From assembly GCF_006345805.1 (NCBI RefSeq), contig NC_043006.1:105276001-105340000 (forward strand): 64,000 bases of DNA, given 5' to 3'. The notes below the pieces were generated by a model, which saw nothing but the letters and a program-made list of their open reading frames with translations, made no database searches and was not told where the DNA came from. Shown in pieces: positions 24,330 through 38,990 of this stretch (position 1 is its first letter; the number at the start of each line of letters is the position of its first letter). A program made the translations under genes and the position numbers. The DNA is from Octopus sinensis. Taxonomy: Eukaryota.

Positions 24330-24790
24330 ATGTATATATTGTTGACGTCATTAGAATTTAAAACTCTCGAGAGAACATTCTTGACTGGAAAATTCTTGAC
24401 ATGGATAGGGAATCTTGGAAAAGATGATAAAACCATAAAAGTAGCATGTAAATATCGAGTTGAAAAACTCATTCGGATAGAAAGAAGTTGAAGGCTCCCG
24501 TGGGGTACAAACCCACATCTCCTGTAGATATGACTTTTTCTGTTCTATATTTACGTATTAGTAGTTTTATTATCTGATTCGAGGTCCTCAGTTCCCGTGT
24601 GTGTTTGTGTGGATAGTTATCTATTATATTTGTAAGTGTGAATGTGTTGCGAAGTCGAATTTTGTATGTTTCCATGTCATGTGTAGCGATTTTGTTTGAT
24701 TACTTAGTCGAGGTCTAATACTTTGACATCATATTTCGTGTAGACCTTATGTTAACTGTTATGAATAAAAATTTGTTCTGACCACAGGAG
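24330..24790 (+). mobile_element. Possible L1/Tx1-like 3' end
   Basis: Short frame ...ACKYRVEKLIRIERS* resembles the KYHLKRKVRVER end at 43630; T-rich UTR with AATAAA follows. Confidence 0.3.
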
Positions 24791-24977
24791 TCACAGTGAA
24801 ATGCTTTGTAATAATTTGCTTTTACAAATTCAATATATTTTAGTTTCTGAGGAGCTTTTGGAAATAGCAAAAGGACAGATCTTTTGCTAAAGCAACTTGT
24901 ATGCTCGCATCATCATCATCTTCATGAAGTGACTACATTAAGTATATTATAGGAATTATCTACTATATGTATATATG

Positions 24978-25026
<49 letters not shown>

Positions 25027-25049
25027 GTTCTGTGATATCAATCCAGCGA

Positions 25050-27620
25050 TTCTTCTGCTTCTTTTCTTTTTTAGGATGATGTTTCCGTACTCGTTTCAAT
25101 GAAAATGGTCAGACTTCCCATTCTAGGGTGAGGGCACTTGTTCCATGGTGAGTTCTTGTAATCAGAAAATAAGACAGTGATACTGTTAGCATAATTTTGC
25201 AACAAGTTCTTCTTCAGTTGCAAACAGCCTTTCAGTGTCAGTGCTGGCCTAAAAGGCGGGTACCAGTCTCTTTCTTTGTTCCTTACTTATAAGTTTCTAG
25301 CATTTGTTAAGTTCTGGATATCCCAACTCGGTTTCGTAATGTTTGATAGAATTCGCAGGTAATACCAAGTATTACTCGACAGAGATCGTGATGTGATCAT
25401 CCAATGGATCAGAAAACTAAGTGGTTCATCTGCACTAATGACTCCCTGTATAACATCCTAAGAGAGAAAGTTTGAAGTAGTAGAAGAAAACGTTGTTTCA
25501 ACCTTAGACGTAGGTAACCACTTTCATGCCAACGTAGAAAAGCTGCTAATTGCATCTCAGGAACCATGAGGTTAGCACCACATGGTCTGGAACATCACTG
25601 GAGCAAAGTACCTACAATGTCTACCTTAGAGTAACAAATAGAAAGATGGTTCTCGAAATAACATCCTATGGAAAGAGTTCGACTGTAAATGGGCGACTCA
25701 TAGCAAAAACGTTAAGACATACTGTTCTGAGCTTGTGATATTCCACTGCAGAGTATACATGCCCTGTCTGAGAGAGATCAACCCATGTCAAAAAAAAAAA
25801 CTTGACCCAGTGTTGAACAACTCCTGTCACCTGATCGCGAGTCTCAAGAAATCCACAAGCAGCTTGTATCTCTTCACTGACACTGCTGCTGCTGCTGATA
25901 CCAAACAGAAAATAAGGTAGGATCAAGATTACAAAGGTTACTAGTGATGAAAGCCACTTCATCCATGGACGTCAACACCTGACACGATGACTGAAGTCAA
26001 GAGAAGCTTTTTATGCTATGTCCATCTCCTAACAATATCTCGTGAAGAAAGCAGACTCTAACTCTGGACAAAAAAGCTTCAGAACGACCCTTCTCTAATT
26101 GACATGTGAATCCCACCAGCTCAAGATTTTGCTTTTCCAGAAGTACCATGGGTATAGGTTCAGTGGAAGACTCAATTATTCGAGAACGAGAACGGGGCAA
26201 GCAAAAGTTGGTTTGCTCAGAGAGGGCTACAAGATCGGTGCAACCACTTTTTTAATGTGAAGTAACATTACTAATTAATACTAATTAATATCTATAGCAA
26301 AAAATATTTTTGCAGAGTTCAATAGAAATATAAAGAACTGTGAAAAGAAATTATAGTTCGAAGAATGGAAAGAAGTCAAACAACTTTTGACATTGCGAGA
26401 ACGGATCCGATTGCCAACTGATTCTTTTGTGAAAATCGAACCACCGTCTTTCTTTTGCAAGTAGGAGTGAATAGTCATACTTTGTCTTGTAGTTATGACG
26501 AAGAAAGTTGTACAGTGTTGAATGGTTTGAAGCCAGCTATTTTTTTTCAAGCCAGGGTCTCTTCAACTTCTCCAATTTCCATTTCCTGAAGAAGAGACGG
26601 ATATGCTCTTCCTCACCTCCTCTATAAAGTTCTATAAAAGGCGGGAGAGAGTAGAACATTTGACGTGGCTAAATAAACCGGCATTACCTATGCGGCTGTA
26701 AGTCAGTGGTAAGAAATAATAGAGGGCATGGGTATCTGTTATGTCAGGGTAGTCCAGTTTCATGTACGGGTGTCCCGGACCAACATTTGGTTTCTCCCTC
26801 ATGTCATTATATTTTTTTCCCAGATCATTGGAAACTGCACTCGGGTCAGATGCTTCGTGGAACAAGTTACGACAGTCAGAGGATGCTATGCTACTGAGTC
26901 AGCTTCTTCCTATATCCTGTCAACCTAGACATCTGACCCGAACCAGATATCCAGTACCTTAACTGGGCTGTTGGCCCAGTGAAAGAATTCGCAACTAACC
27001 AGCACAGACTTTCCTCTCCAGATGCCAAGTTGCAAGCCGGGTTTACGTAAGATCTTGTATACATGTACGCCTCCAGCATGGCGTCAACCGTCGTTACATC
27101 CGAAGTGCCATTCTTATATCTGATGCCTTGATGGTGAAGGCAGGTACTGTTCTCTTGTGTCCAAATTCGGTGGATGGAGCCCTTCAAAGTCTCCTTCCGC
27201 CGCAGCAATCATTCCAAAGCAGGAAATTGTGGCATCTTTGATGAAATGGGCATTCAATGCTAAACGGTTCCCCAGAATTCTCTGCTTATTTTGATAACTC
27301 AACAAATGCCTATGAAAACAAGTTTGGCGATCAAGCTTGTGGAAACGGAATCAGTGTGCCTCCTCCGGGCAGCCATCAAGTTTTGGTGACCGACGACACT
27401 AAAAAAAATGACTATTGCCCCATTAAAACCACTACTATTTCTGATGCGCTCTACGTCTCGCATGAGGTGAAGTTAGGTGTGCATATATGTCCTGGGAAAC
27501 GCATAGATTTTCGTGTTTTCACCTACATTGATAACAAGCACTTGCCTCACATTATAGGCCTTTGCCCAAATTTTAAACTTGAGTTTGGCAGAATTATAGG
27601 TATAAAATTTCCATAAATAA
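25050..27620. pseudogene. Unidentified decayed coding-like sequence
   Basis: About 2.6 kb free of microsatellites and SINEs, with higher GC than its flanks and protein-like frames broken by stops. No motif recognised. Confidence 0.3.
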
Positions 27621-28920
27621 TGATTTCTTTTATTGGCTTAAAGGGGCAATATGCTGGAGACAGAACTACGGCAAAATATATCGAAAAATGGCAAAAATAA
27701 AAACCAAATAAAAGAAATAAAAATTAAAACTGGCGAGTTCAATGTGGGTAAGATTTTTGGGTAAGGATGGAACACAATTTGAGTGACAATAGGAATAATA
27801 AATGATTCAAGTACGCTAGAGTAGAGCAGGTTCGATACAAGCCAACTCCGAAAAGCAAGGTTTACTGAAGTAGGGGTAAAATAAGCATGTGTCAATATGC
27901 TTGCTTAAATATACGTAAGTATACATAAATATACTCAAATGGCAATTATTCACAATTAGACAAACTAAGCTACCGAAATATACATAATATACGAGGACAT
28001 TAAAATGGTATTTGATCTTATAAAATCTTAATTTTCTGAGTTTACATCAGAATTTATATTTTCACTGAAGTTGTGTAAAAAAAGTTGTACATAAAAATAA
28101 AGGTGACAGAACAAGTTCGCAAAATTATGAGATGTAATGAAAACAAAAAGACAGCATAGCGAACACCTGTGGATTCCAGTAAAAAGACGAGAAAAGATCT
28201 TGTAATTGAATGAAATTTTAGACTAGAAACCTCACCGGAAAACAGAAAGCACCTGTAATAAGAATTCGACATGAAAAAAAATATTCATTTTATCTCGTGG
28301 TCCTTTGATTTTTCTTTTCAGATAAATTTTCTTTCAAATTTTGACCAAATAGTTAGACGAGTTCTTTTAAACTCAAGATATACGGTGATTTTTTATATGT
28401 TGTATAATATGGCTGGTAATAGCCGAAAACGGTAAAACATTCCATGATGAATTTTGAGGAAATAAAGGCAAGTGTTACCATGAGTTTACCTCTTTGAAAA
28501 TATGCCGCACGAGGCGCTCGCCGTTGCCACATCTTTGTTTCAAAAGAGTGTAGGTCCGTAGCAGAACTGAAAAGGTACATCTACGTTGCTTTGACTGAAC
28601 AATTAAAGGATGAAGTTGCGCGAATTAGGGGTTGCAGTTATCATTTAGGTACATATGAGCACACACGCACACACACACATTCACACAGATGTATGTATAC
28701 ATATATATATATTTTATATAAATACACACATATAGAGAAATATGTATATGTGTGCAGGTGTATACCTGTGTATGTATGTATGGTTGTATGTGTGTGTGTA
28801 TTTATACAGGTAAAATCTGTTATTCCATAGTCAAAAAGTTTGCAAACTTATAAATTGTAAAATCAGAAATCTGAAAAACAATATGTGTAATAATATGCGT
28901 ATATATATATATATATATAT

Positions 28921-29215
28921 CACCGTCAACGTAACCGACCAGGCTATCAGATGTTGCTACACATCGCTGGTCACAATGCGCTTCGCATTGTTTTAGCCTT
29001 CAAATGACGCCACCCCACTGGCTGAGCGAGCAGGCCGACAGAAGAAAGAGTGAGAGAAAGTTGTACAGCAGGGATCGCCACCACCACCCTGCCGGCGCAT
29101 CGTGGAGCTTTAGGTGTTTTCTCTCAATAAACACTCACAACGCCCGGTCTGGGAATCGAAATCGCGATCCTACGACCGCGAGTCCACTGCCCTAACCACT
29201 GGGCATTGCAACTCC
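28921..29215 (-). mobile_element. tRNA-derived SINE family S3 (full length)
   Basis: Reverse complement of 24011-24316. Confidence 0.85.
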
Positions 29216-29294
<79 letters not shown>

Positions 29295-29425
29295 TATAGA
29301 TATTATATATATATATACATATATATATATTATACATATATATATATATTACATATATTATATATATATATCATATATATATATATATATACATATATAT
29401 AATATATATATATATTATATATAAC

Positions 29426-29482
<57 letters not shown>

Positions 29483-29483
29483 C

Positions 29484-29574
<91 letters not shown>

Positions 29575-29585
29575 ATACATATATA

Positions 29586-29616
<31 letters not shown>

Positions 29617-29675
29617 CATATATTATATATATAATATACATATATATATATATATATACAATCTATATATAATAA

Positions 29676-29717
<42 letters not shown>

Positions 29718-29883
29718 TATATATATATATACTATATATAATATATATATATTATACATATATATATAATATATATATACATATATATATATATACATAT
29801 ATAATATATACATATATATCATATAATATAATATACATATATATATATATATATATACATATATATAATATATATATATATAC

Positions 29884-29936
<53 letters not shown>

Positions 29937-29965
29937 CATATATATATACATACATTAACATATAC

Positions 29966-29998
<33 letters not shown>

Positions 29999-30035
29999 TA
30001 TATATATATATATATACATACATATAAACATATAC

Positions 30036-30066
<31 letters not shown>

Positions 30067-30067
30067 C

Positions 30068-30100
<33 letters not shown>

Positions 30101-30256
30101 TATATAATATATATATATATAATATATGTATATAATAATATACATATATATATATACATATACATATATATATATATACATATATATATATAATATACAT
30201 ATATATATAATATATACATATACATTATATATACATATATATATATATACATATAC

Positions 30257-30302
<46 letters not shown>

Positions 30303-30414
30303 CTATACATACATTATATGCGCGTATATATACATACGTATATATACATACATATACATACATACATATACATACTAACATACGTATACATACATACATA
30401 TATTATATGTATAT

Positions 30415-30453
<39 letters not shown>

Positions 30454-30504
30454 TGTATATATACATACATATATATATATATATATATATGTAAATATAC
30501 ATAC

Positions 30505-30535
<31 letters not shown>
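29216..30535. repeat. ~1.3 kb degenerate (TA)n/(TACA)n tract
   Basis: Direct observation; source of the many IY-repeat ORFs. Confidence 0.97.
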
Positions 30536-30538
<3 letters not shown>

Positions 30539-31094
30539 GAAATGAAATATCAATAGAACGTAACGAAGATATAAAAGAAAAGCTAAATAGGTGATACTCA
30601 CAAAAAAAAGACCAATGACAAAATGCGTAAAAAATGTAACTCCAGCATTTTTTCTTTTTTTAATTTCTTATTTCTTATTTCTTCATATAAAATTTCAGGA
30701 ACAGAACTATTAAATTCAATAATTGGTTAATTACTTGTGGGAAATCAAAGTTCAGTGAGCGGTAGCAGGAAAAGTGCTAATCGATGCACACATGTAGATC
30801 TGCGCATGAATGTATACATGCATTAGGATGCACAAACGTAAGCATGCAGATACACGTATGTGCGTGAGTACGAATACATGCGTGTGTATAAGTGTATTTA
30901 AGCGTGTGTGTGCTTGTCTAAATGAATATACGTGTAGGTAGATGTGTGGCATGGGAGACCTACACGGGGGGTTTTAGTGTTTTCAAAACCAAACTGGATC
31001 ACCTCCCATCGACAGTTCAGGACGAACCTACCATTCGGGAGGAAACTCAGATGAGGCCAGTGAAAACAAACTCCCTTATTCACCAACTGCCACA

Positions 31095-32215
31095 TATATC
31101 AGAGGCAGTTCGAAGCGGAACTTCGATCGTCTTTAAGTTCTGAGTTCTAATTCAGCCGAAGTAGACTTTACCTTTCATCCTTCCGCGGTCGACAAAATAA
31201 CTACCAGTCGATCGCTGGGGTCGATATAAGTGATTTATCTCTCCCCTCAAAAATTGCTAACCGTGTAACAAACCTTGAAACCATTATTATTCGATGTAGT
31301 AAGGCGGTGAGCTGGCAGAATCGTTAGCACGCCGGGCGAAATACGTAGCCGTATTTCGTCTGCCGTTACGTTCTGAGTTCAAATTCCACCGATGTCGACT
31401 TTGCCTTTCATCCTTTCGGGGTCGATAAATTAAGTACCAGTTACACACTGGGGTCGATATAGTCGACTCAATCCGTTTATCTGTCCTTGTTCGTTCCCTC
31501 TATGTTTAGCCTCTTGTGGGTAGTAAAGAAATAGAAATAGGTATTTCGCCTTGACTCTACGTTCTGAGTTCAAATTCCGAAGACGTCTACTTTACCTGTC
31601 ATCCTTACGGGGTCAATACAATAAGTCGCAGTTGAAAACTGGGATGGAGTGGGGGGTTTATGTAATCGACTCATCCCCTCCCCCCAAATTATTAATTGAT
31701 GTAGTATTTATTCCGGGTTTCTACTTTCCGAATTCAGATATCGACAAGATCAACTAAGCAATTCATTCTTTCGGGATTAGCAAAATAGAATTAAATACGT
31801 ACAGGACTCAGTCACAGCGACTAACTCCCTCCCCGAAAAATTTGAACCCCTGTCCCAATGCTAGAAACTGTTACAATAGGCGGGAATCGAGAGATCCCTA
31901 AGAACATACGTAAAAAGGATTTACGGTATTAATTATGATTCTTTACGTTCTGAGTTCAAATCTTGCTGCGGTCAGCTTTACATTGTACCTTTACGGGACC
32001 CTTTCTTCTGGAAGCATAAGGCCTCAAATTTGGGGGAATGGATTAAGTCGATTAAATCGACCCCAGTCCGTAACTGGTACTTATTTCATTGACCCCGAAA
32101 GGATGAAAGGCAAAGTCGACCTCGCCGGCATTTGAACTCAGAACGTATTAACGGGCGAAATACTGCTAAGCATTTCGCCCAGTGTGCTAATGATTCTGCC
32201 AGCTCGCCGCCTTTA
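31095..32215. mobile_element. Cluster of about five S1 SINE copies or fragments (mostly +, last copy -)
   Basis: Repeated gttctgagttcaaattcc / gtcgactttgcctttcatcctttcggggtcgat blocks; full head ggcggtgagctggcagaatcgttagc at about 31304. Confidence 0.85.
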
Positions 32216-32302
32216 CGGGATCGATAAAGTAAAGTCAATATTATTCACCAAAGCACCTCCACGAATGTTTAGACCTGCGGCTTATGTTTGAAACAATATT
32301 TA

Positions 32303-32479
32303 CTGTATTTTAACGTGTATAAAGAAACACTTTTTATCAAAAATTAGGTTTAAAAAATATGGGAGTTTCTTATATATGAATAGTATTATAATCTCTTACA
32401 AACACTTTTCCAAATTTAAGCCCCCCAAAATTAGGGGTTTCCTTATACACGAGGGTTCCTTATACGCGTTAAAATACGG
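32303..32479. mobile_element. Tc1/mariner-superfamily MITE
   Basis: 20-bp TIRs ctgtattttaacgtgtataa / ttatacgcgttaaaatacgg (2 mismatches), flanked by TA on both sides. Confidence 0.8.
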
Positions 32480-32639
32480 TAACAATGTCATTGTTTTTGT
32501 TTTATGTGTGTTTTATTTCTTAACTGAAGTTTTTGCTGGTTTTTTTTGTTGCTGAAGTTTTTATTATTGTATTTCAGTAACTGTTCTTTATATTTATTAT
32601 TGTTGTTGTAATTGTTATTCGTCGTGCGTTCATGTTGTT

Positions 32640-33062
32640 TGTGTGGGGTGGCTGTGTGGTGAGAAGTTTGCTTCCCAACCTCATCGTTCCGGGGTTCAGT
32701 CTTGCTACGTGGCACCTTGGGCAAGTGTCCTCTACTATAACCTTAGACTGACCAAAGCCTTGTGAGTGGATTTGGTTGAAGGAAACTGAAAGAAGCCCTT
32801 CATATATGTATATATATATATATATATATATACGCATGCGTGTGTGAGACTGTGTATGTGTTTGTTTTTCACCATCGTTTGACAACCGATGCTGGTTTGT
32901 TTAGGTTCCCGTAACATAGCGGTTCGGCAAAAGAGACCGATAGAATTAGAATAAGTACTAGGCTTCCAAAGAATAAGTCCAGGGGTCGATTTGCTCGACT
33001 TAAGGCGGTGCTCCAGCATGGCCGCAGTCAAATGACTGAAACAAGTAAAAGAGTAAAAGAGT
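32640..33062 (+). mobile_element. SINE family S2 (near full length)
   Basis: gtggctgtgtggtgagaagtttgcttcc...gccgcagtcaaatgactgaaacaagtaaaagagt. Confidence 0.85.
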
Positions 33063-33249
33063 ATATATATATAAACAAAAAATAATCTTAGCTTACCTGG
33101 TTTACTCCAAAACAAAAAGTTTAACTCTTCAAACTTTTGCTATTGAATCTGCGGCGAGTTCCACAACTTCTGTCCCGGGATGAAAGTTAAACTCAGCGCC
33201 TCCGCCGAGGAATACAGCGATTTCCATAAAACATTTTCACGCATGCGTA

Positions 33250-34070
33250 ATGAATCAGCATGAATATTTCTCAGCAACTTTCTTTCCTTTATTTACTTTT
33301 GATAATTTCCTCTCGTTCGTTATTCACGTTATCGTTGTTGTTGTTGTTATAACTGCTATTTTTGTTGCCTCTGGTATTTCTGCTGTCGTTCAGGCAGTTG
33401 ACGTTGTGTTCGCTTTTGTTGTGTTGTTGCTGCTGCTGCTGCTGCTGTTATTGTAGCAGTGACTTTTGCTGTTTTTGTTGTTGTTGTTGCAAATACATGT
33501 GTTATTAATGCTTTTGCTGCTGCCGCTGCTGCTGCTGCTACCACTGCCGCTGTTCTTGTCTTTGTTATTACTAATGTAGTTCCCGTTACTTCTATTGCTG
33601 CTGCTGCTGCTGTTGATGCTGCTGTTGATGGCAGTATTATTAAAGCCTTTGTGGTTGCTTTGTAGTTATTATTGTTTATTGTTCTACTATTGCTACAACT
33701 ATCATTGTGGTAGTTCTAACTATTGTTGTTGTTGTTGCTGTTATTGCTGCTACGGATGTTGCTGTAGTTGTTGTTACTGTACTTGCTCCCAAACTTTTTC
33801 TTTCTCAAGTTATTTTTGTGTTGTTTGTCTTGCGCGTCGTTTCGAGGTCGTCCTGCTGCTGCTGCATTATCATGGTGTTGTTGTTGTTTCGCTTCTTATT
33901 CTAATCCGTGTTCTCTTTCTACAGGCGTGATTGACGATGTTGTTGTTCTTACTATTGAGCTCGTTGTAATACTTGTAGCTGCTACAGTTGTTGCTGTGAC
34001 TGTTATTGTTGTAGCTGCAGTTGTAGTTGTTATGCTTATTATTGCTATTACAATTGTTGTAGTTGTTAAA
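33250..34070. repeat. Cryptic (GTT/GCT)n low-complexity region
   Basis: Degenerate trinucleotide repeats; spurious poly-A/V/C ORFs. Confidence 0.85.
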
Positions 34071-34074
34071 TTAT

Positions 34075-34290
34075 TCTTTTGTTCTTTTACGTGTTTCAGT
34101 CATTTGACTGGGACCATGCTGGAGCACCACCTTAAGGGGTTTTAGTCGAACAAATCCACCCCCAGGACTTTGTAAATCTAATATTTATTCTATCGGTCGC
34201 TTTTGCCGAACTGCCAGGTTACGGGAACGTAAACTCACTAACATCGGTTGTCAAGCGATGGTAGGGGGCCAAACACAGACATAAAGATAC
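34075..34290 (-). mobile_element. SINE family S2, 3' half
   Basis: tttcagtcatttgactg...catcggttgtcaagcgatgg. Confidence 0.8.
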
Positions 34291-34364
34291 ACACACACAC
34301 ATATAAAAATATATACATATACATACATATCTATATATCTAACTATATACTCATTATATATATA

Positions 34365-34615
34365 GGGTAAAGAATTATTAATTTAATAATTAATAAATTT
34401 TACCAAGTAGCTTCGGTATGGAAAAAAAACACTTTATCCGTAAAAACTTATACAAAATGTTTTTTATATATATAATTATATAATTATAAATATAATTAAG
34501 GGTTTAGCAACAAGTTGCTTCACCACATACCGAAAATTTAGAAATAGCAGACAAAAGACAGTTAATTCCATATCTGTGGAGTCATATTTGTAGTGAAAAG
34601 AATTAACCCTTAATT
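34365..34615. repeat. AT-rich dispersed repeat related to 50690-50880
   Basis: Shared ggtaaa...ttttaccaagtag.ttcggtatg and cttcacca.cataccgaaa.tttagaa.tagcag. Confidence 0.7.
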
Positions 34616-34673
34616 ATATCTATCTATCTATCTATCTATCTATCTACTCTCATAATATATATATATATACATA

Positions 34674-34712
<39 letters not shown>

Positions 34713-34869
34713 TATATATATACGACGGACTTCTGTCAGTTACTGTCTACTCACAAGGCTGTGGTCGGCCCAAGTCTATAGTAGAAACACTTGCATAAGG
34801 TGTCACGCAGTGGGTCTGAACCCAGAACCATGTGGTCGGGTAACAAGCTTCTTACCACACAGCCACGGT

Positions 34870-34976
34870 TTGCTGTTGTTTTAACTGTTGTGGCATAAAT
34901 AGTTGTTGCTGATATTGTAGTTGTCACTTGTTATAGTTGTTTTTATTGTTGTAGTTTTTTTTTTGCTGCTAGTTTA

Positions 34977-35009
<33 letters not shown>

Positions 35010-35101
35010 GTTGTGTGTCTTATTATTATTGATGGTGTTGTAGCTGTTGTAATTCTTCTAGTTGTTGCTGACGTCATACTTGTTGTAGTTGCTGCTGCTG
35101 C

Positions 35102-35132
<31 letters not shown>

Positions 35133-35198
35133 GCTGCTGCTGTATATGCTATAGTTGCTGCCGTTGTTCTTTTTGCAGCTATTATCATTATTATTAAT

Positions 35199-35241
<43 letters not shown>

Positions 35242-35350
35242 CAATCATCATCATCATCATCACCATTGTCGTTGTTGTTATTGTGGTTGCCGCTATGATT
35301 ATTATTATTATTATTATTGTTATCACCACCACCACCACCACTACCACCAC

Positions 35351-35391
<41 letters not shown>

Positions 35392-35455
35392 CCAACATCG
35401 TCATCATCACCATCGTCGTTGTTGTTGTTGTTGCGGTTGTAGTTGTATTATCATG
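34870..35455. repeat. (GTT)/(GCT)/(ATC)/(CAC) trinucleotide mosaic
   Basis: Direct tandem repeats. Confidence 0.9.
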
Positions 35456-35736
35456 CACGAATATTAGATAATTGCATTGCCTGCCCCTTTGGGTCCCTGC
35501 TGGTGCAATGGCTGCCAAGGCTGCACTGCCAACACATTGTTCGTCTATTAATACAAATACACCCACAATGAAATGATATTTCGTTCCTGCTGTGTCCCAT
35601 GGGTTTCACACAACTAATCTAATTTGTATACACCTTTGATTTATACATACATATGTACATATCTATATGCATACATATATACATATACATATATATATAT
35701 ACATGTATACATATATATATACATAATATATATATA

Positions 35737-35813
<77 letters not shown>

Positions 35814-36544
35814 GTGTGCGTGTGTGTATGTGTGTATGTATGTATGTATGTTTGGCCTCTATGTATTACGTATGTATGTATATATGCGCGATTATTTCTT
35901 ACATACATATATGTATAACATATGTATATTATATATGTACATTATATATACACATATATATATGTATATGCCTATATATATATATATATACTATATATAT
36001 ATATATATATATATATCTATATATATATATATATATATATACATACATGTACACACGCGCACGCACTCACACGCACACATATATATGTTTAAAAGTATAT
36101 TTATAAATACAGATATCAAACATATATATATATGTATACATACATGCATATACATACATACATGCATGCATACATAGTGGTGAGTGTGTGTCTGCTTTAC
36201 TGTGTCTGTGTACGTTGGAGGTATTTGCGTCTTTCTGGCGCCGGATAGCAATGCCAAGAGTGTTCTGTCACTTTCACCAAATGTCTCCAGAGCTGTTTCA
36301 AGTGCACCGTCCAAAATCATTTATAATTCAATATCATACGCATAATGCGTGTGTATATATGCTCGTACGTATGTTAATGTACATGCGTATATATATATAT
36401 ATATATATATACAAAACAAAAGAGAGAGAGAGAGAGAGAAAGAGAGAGAAGAGAGATACATTCATACATACATTCATACATACATGCATGCAAAAGTATG
36501 TGTGGTTGTAGGGATGGAAGTATATGTCTTTGTCTCTCACACAC

Positions 36545-36568
36545 ATATAGATAGATAGATAGATAGGC

Positions 36569-36627
<59 letters not shown>

Positions 36628-36628
36628 C

Positions 36629-36718
<90 letters not shown>

Positions 36719-36748
36719 CTAGAAAGATAGATAGACAGATAGACAGAC

Positions 36749-36838
<90 letters not shown>

Positions 36839-36860
36839 GCAGATAGATAGATAGATAGAT
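36545..36860. repeat. Long (GATA)n microsatellite
   Basis: Direct tandem repeat. Confidence 0.97.
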
Positions 36861-37343
36861 ATACATATACATCTATTTATAAATGCCAACATACATGAAA
36901 CACGACTCAGAGACCCGATACATGGGACTTCCAATTAATTCCAATATCGATACTGATTTGGATATAAGAGGCACATCCATTTGTATAAACAAAAAAACAA
37001 GAATACATACACACAAACATTGCCATTTGTACACACACACACACACACACACACGCGTGCAGACATTCACAAAACAGCATATATGTTTGTGTATGTGTAT
37101 GTATGTATGTATGTACATATATGTATGTAAATATATATGTATATATATATATGTATATGTGTATATATGTATATATTATACTATACATACAATATATATA
37201 TATATATGTATGTATGTGTATATATATATATATTATATAATATATATATATATATATATTAATACATATATATATACATACATATATATATATACATATA
37301 TATACATCATATATATATATAAACATATATATATATATATATA

Positions 37344-37394
<51 letters not shown>

Positions 37395-37679
37395 CTATTT
37401 CAACAAATAATAATTTATCAGTTAATCTGCACTGAGCGTCTGACTTTTGTGTGCATGTTGGGTGTCTCCACTAGAGATGTGTTTATAGGCAGCTGATTGT
37501 TTATGTGAGTGTCTTCATGCCTGTATATATAGATATATATATATTGGCCTGCTCGCTTAGCCAGCGGGGTGGCGTTTATCGAAGGTTAAACCAATGCTAA
37601 GCGCATTGTGACCAGCGATGTTTAGCAACATCTGATGGTCTGCTCAATCACGTGATCACGTGATATATATATATATATA

Positions 37680-38000
37680 TCACTAGTGTCTTCTACCTAT
37701 AGCCTTGGGCCGACCAAAGCCTTGTGAGTGGATTTGGTAGACGGAAACTGAAAGACGTCCGTCGTATATTTGTATATATATATGTGTATGTTTGTGTGTT
37801 GTGTTTACCCAACCCCCTCCCCCAACATCGCTTGACAACCGATGCTGGTGTGTTTACGTCTCCGTAACTTAGCGGTTCGGCAAAAGAGACCGACAGAATA
37901 AGTACTTGGCTTACAAAGAATAAGTCCTGGGGTTGATTTCCTCGACTAAAGGCGATGCTTCAGCATGGCCGCAGTCAAATGACTGAACCAAGTAAAAGAG
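37680..38000 (+). mobile_element. SINE family S2
   Basis: gccttgggccgaccaaagccttgtgagtggatttggtagacgg...gcatggccgcagtcaaatgactgaacc. Confidence 0.85.
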
Positions 38001-38389
38001 TAATATATATATATACGCACACACACACTCACACGCACACACATATATATATACACACACACACACACATATATGCGCGTGGGCACACATTTACACACAC
38101 ACCCATGTACACACATAGACACAGGATTATTTTAATAAAATATCTGTGTAATAGTGTGCGTGTTTAGGAGAATATGTGCTTGTGTTTCTGTGAGTGTATG
38201 TGCATATGAATGCTTGTGGCCGGATGCACGTGTGCACAAGCGCATGTGTGCTTATGTTAATGTGTGTGTGTGTGTGGTGTGTGTGTGTGTGTGTTTGTTC
38301 TCTGTTTTTGTGTGCGTATTAGTAGAACTTCGAATTTTCCTGCTTTGGTTCAGGGTTTGGGTATAGACTCTCCCAGACACATTTTTCCT

Positions 38390-38990
38390 GTCGTCGTTGT
38401 CTTTGCCTCTATCATCATCATCATTATCAACATCGTCACTCCCAAAACCGTAATCATATTAACATCATAACTATCAACATCATCATCACTGCATTCAACA
38501 CTACCACCACAACCATCATCATCATCACCAGCACCGTCACCATTCCCATTTTCACCACCAGCACCTCCACCACAATCACCACAATCAGGATCACCATTTA
38601 TTATTATCGATATCACTACAACCACCGTGACGATCACTGCCACCACTATCACCAAAACAACCTCCTCAATTAACACCATAACCGCCTCCGTCATCACCAC
38701 CACCACCACCACCACAACCACCACCACCATCAGCATCGGGAATACCATCGTCACTACAAACCCCGACGCTACCGCCGTACTAATAACACCACCACAATCA
38801 CCAACACATACCATAGCATCCACTACCGCCACTACTGCCAACCACCATCGCCATACCATCATCACACCACCACAACAACAACTACCGCCGCCACTACAAC
38901 CATTCTTCAACTCCACCAGACCTCAACACCCCACCACAACTACAACTACCATCGCCACTGCAACCTTCAACACCACCACCGCCCTTACCT
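38390..38990. repeat. Cryptic (CAC/CAT)n low-complexity region
   Basis: Degenerate trinucleotide repeats. Confidence 0.85.

Noticed and set aside
34380-34450. Possible hammerhead in the ggtaaaa/ttttacc repeat (also 50710-50770)
   Set aside because: Only GAA rather than GAAA, and the register of core and stem I is inconsistent between copies.
36190-36320. Protein-like minus-strand start MILDGALETALETFGESDRTLL...
   Set aside because: About 40 codons between microsatellites, weak donor, no motif. Insufficient evidence.
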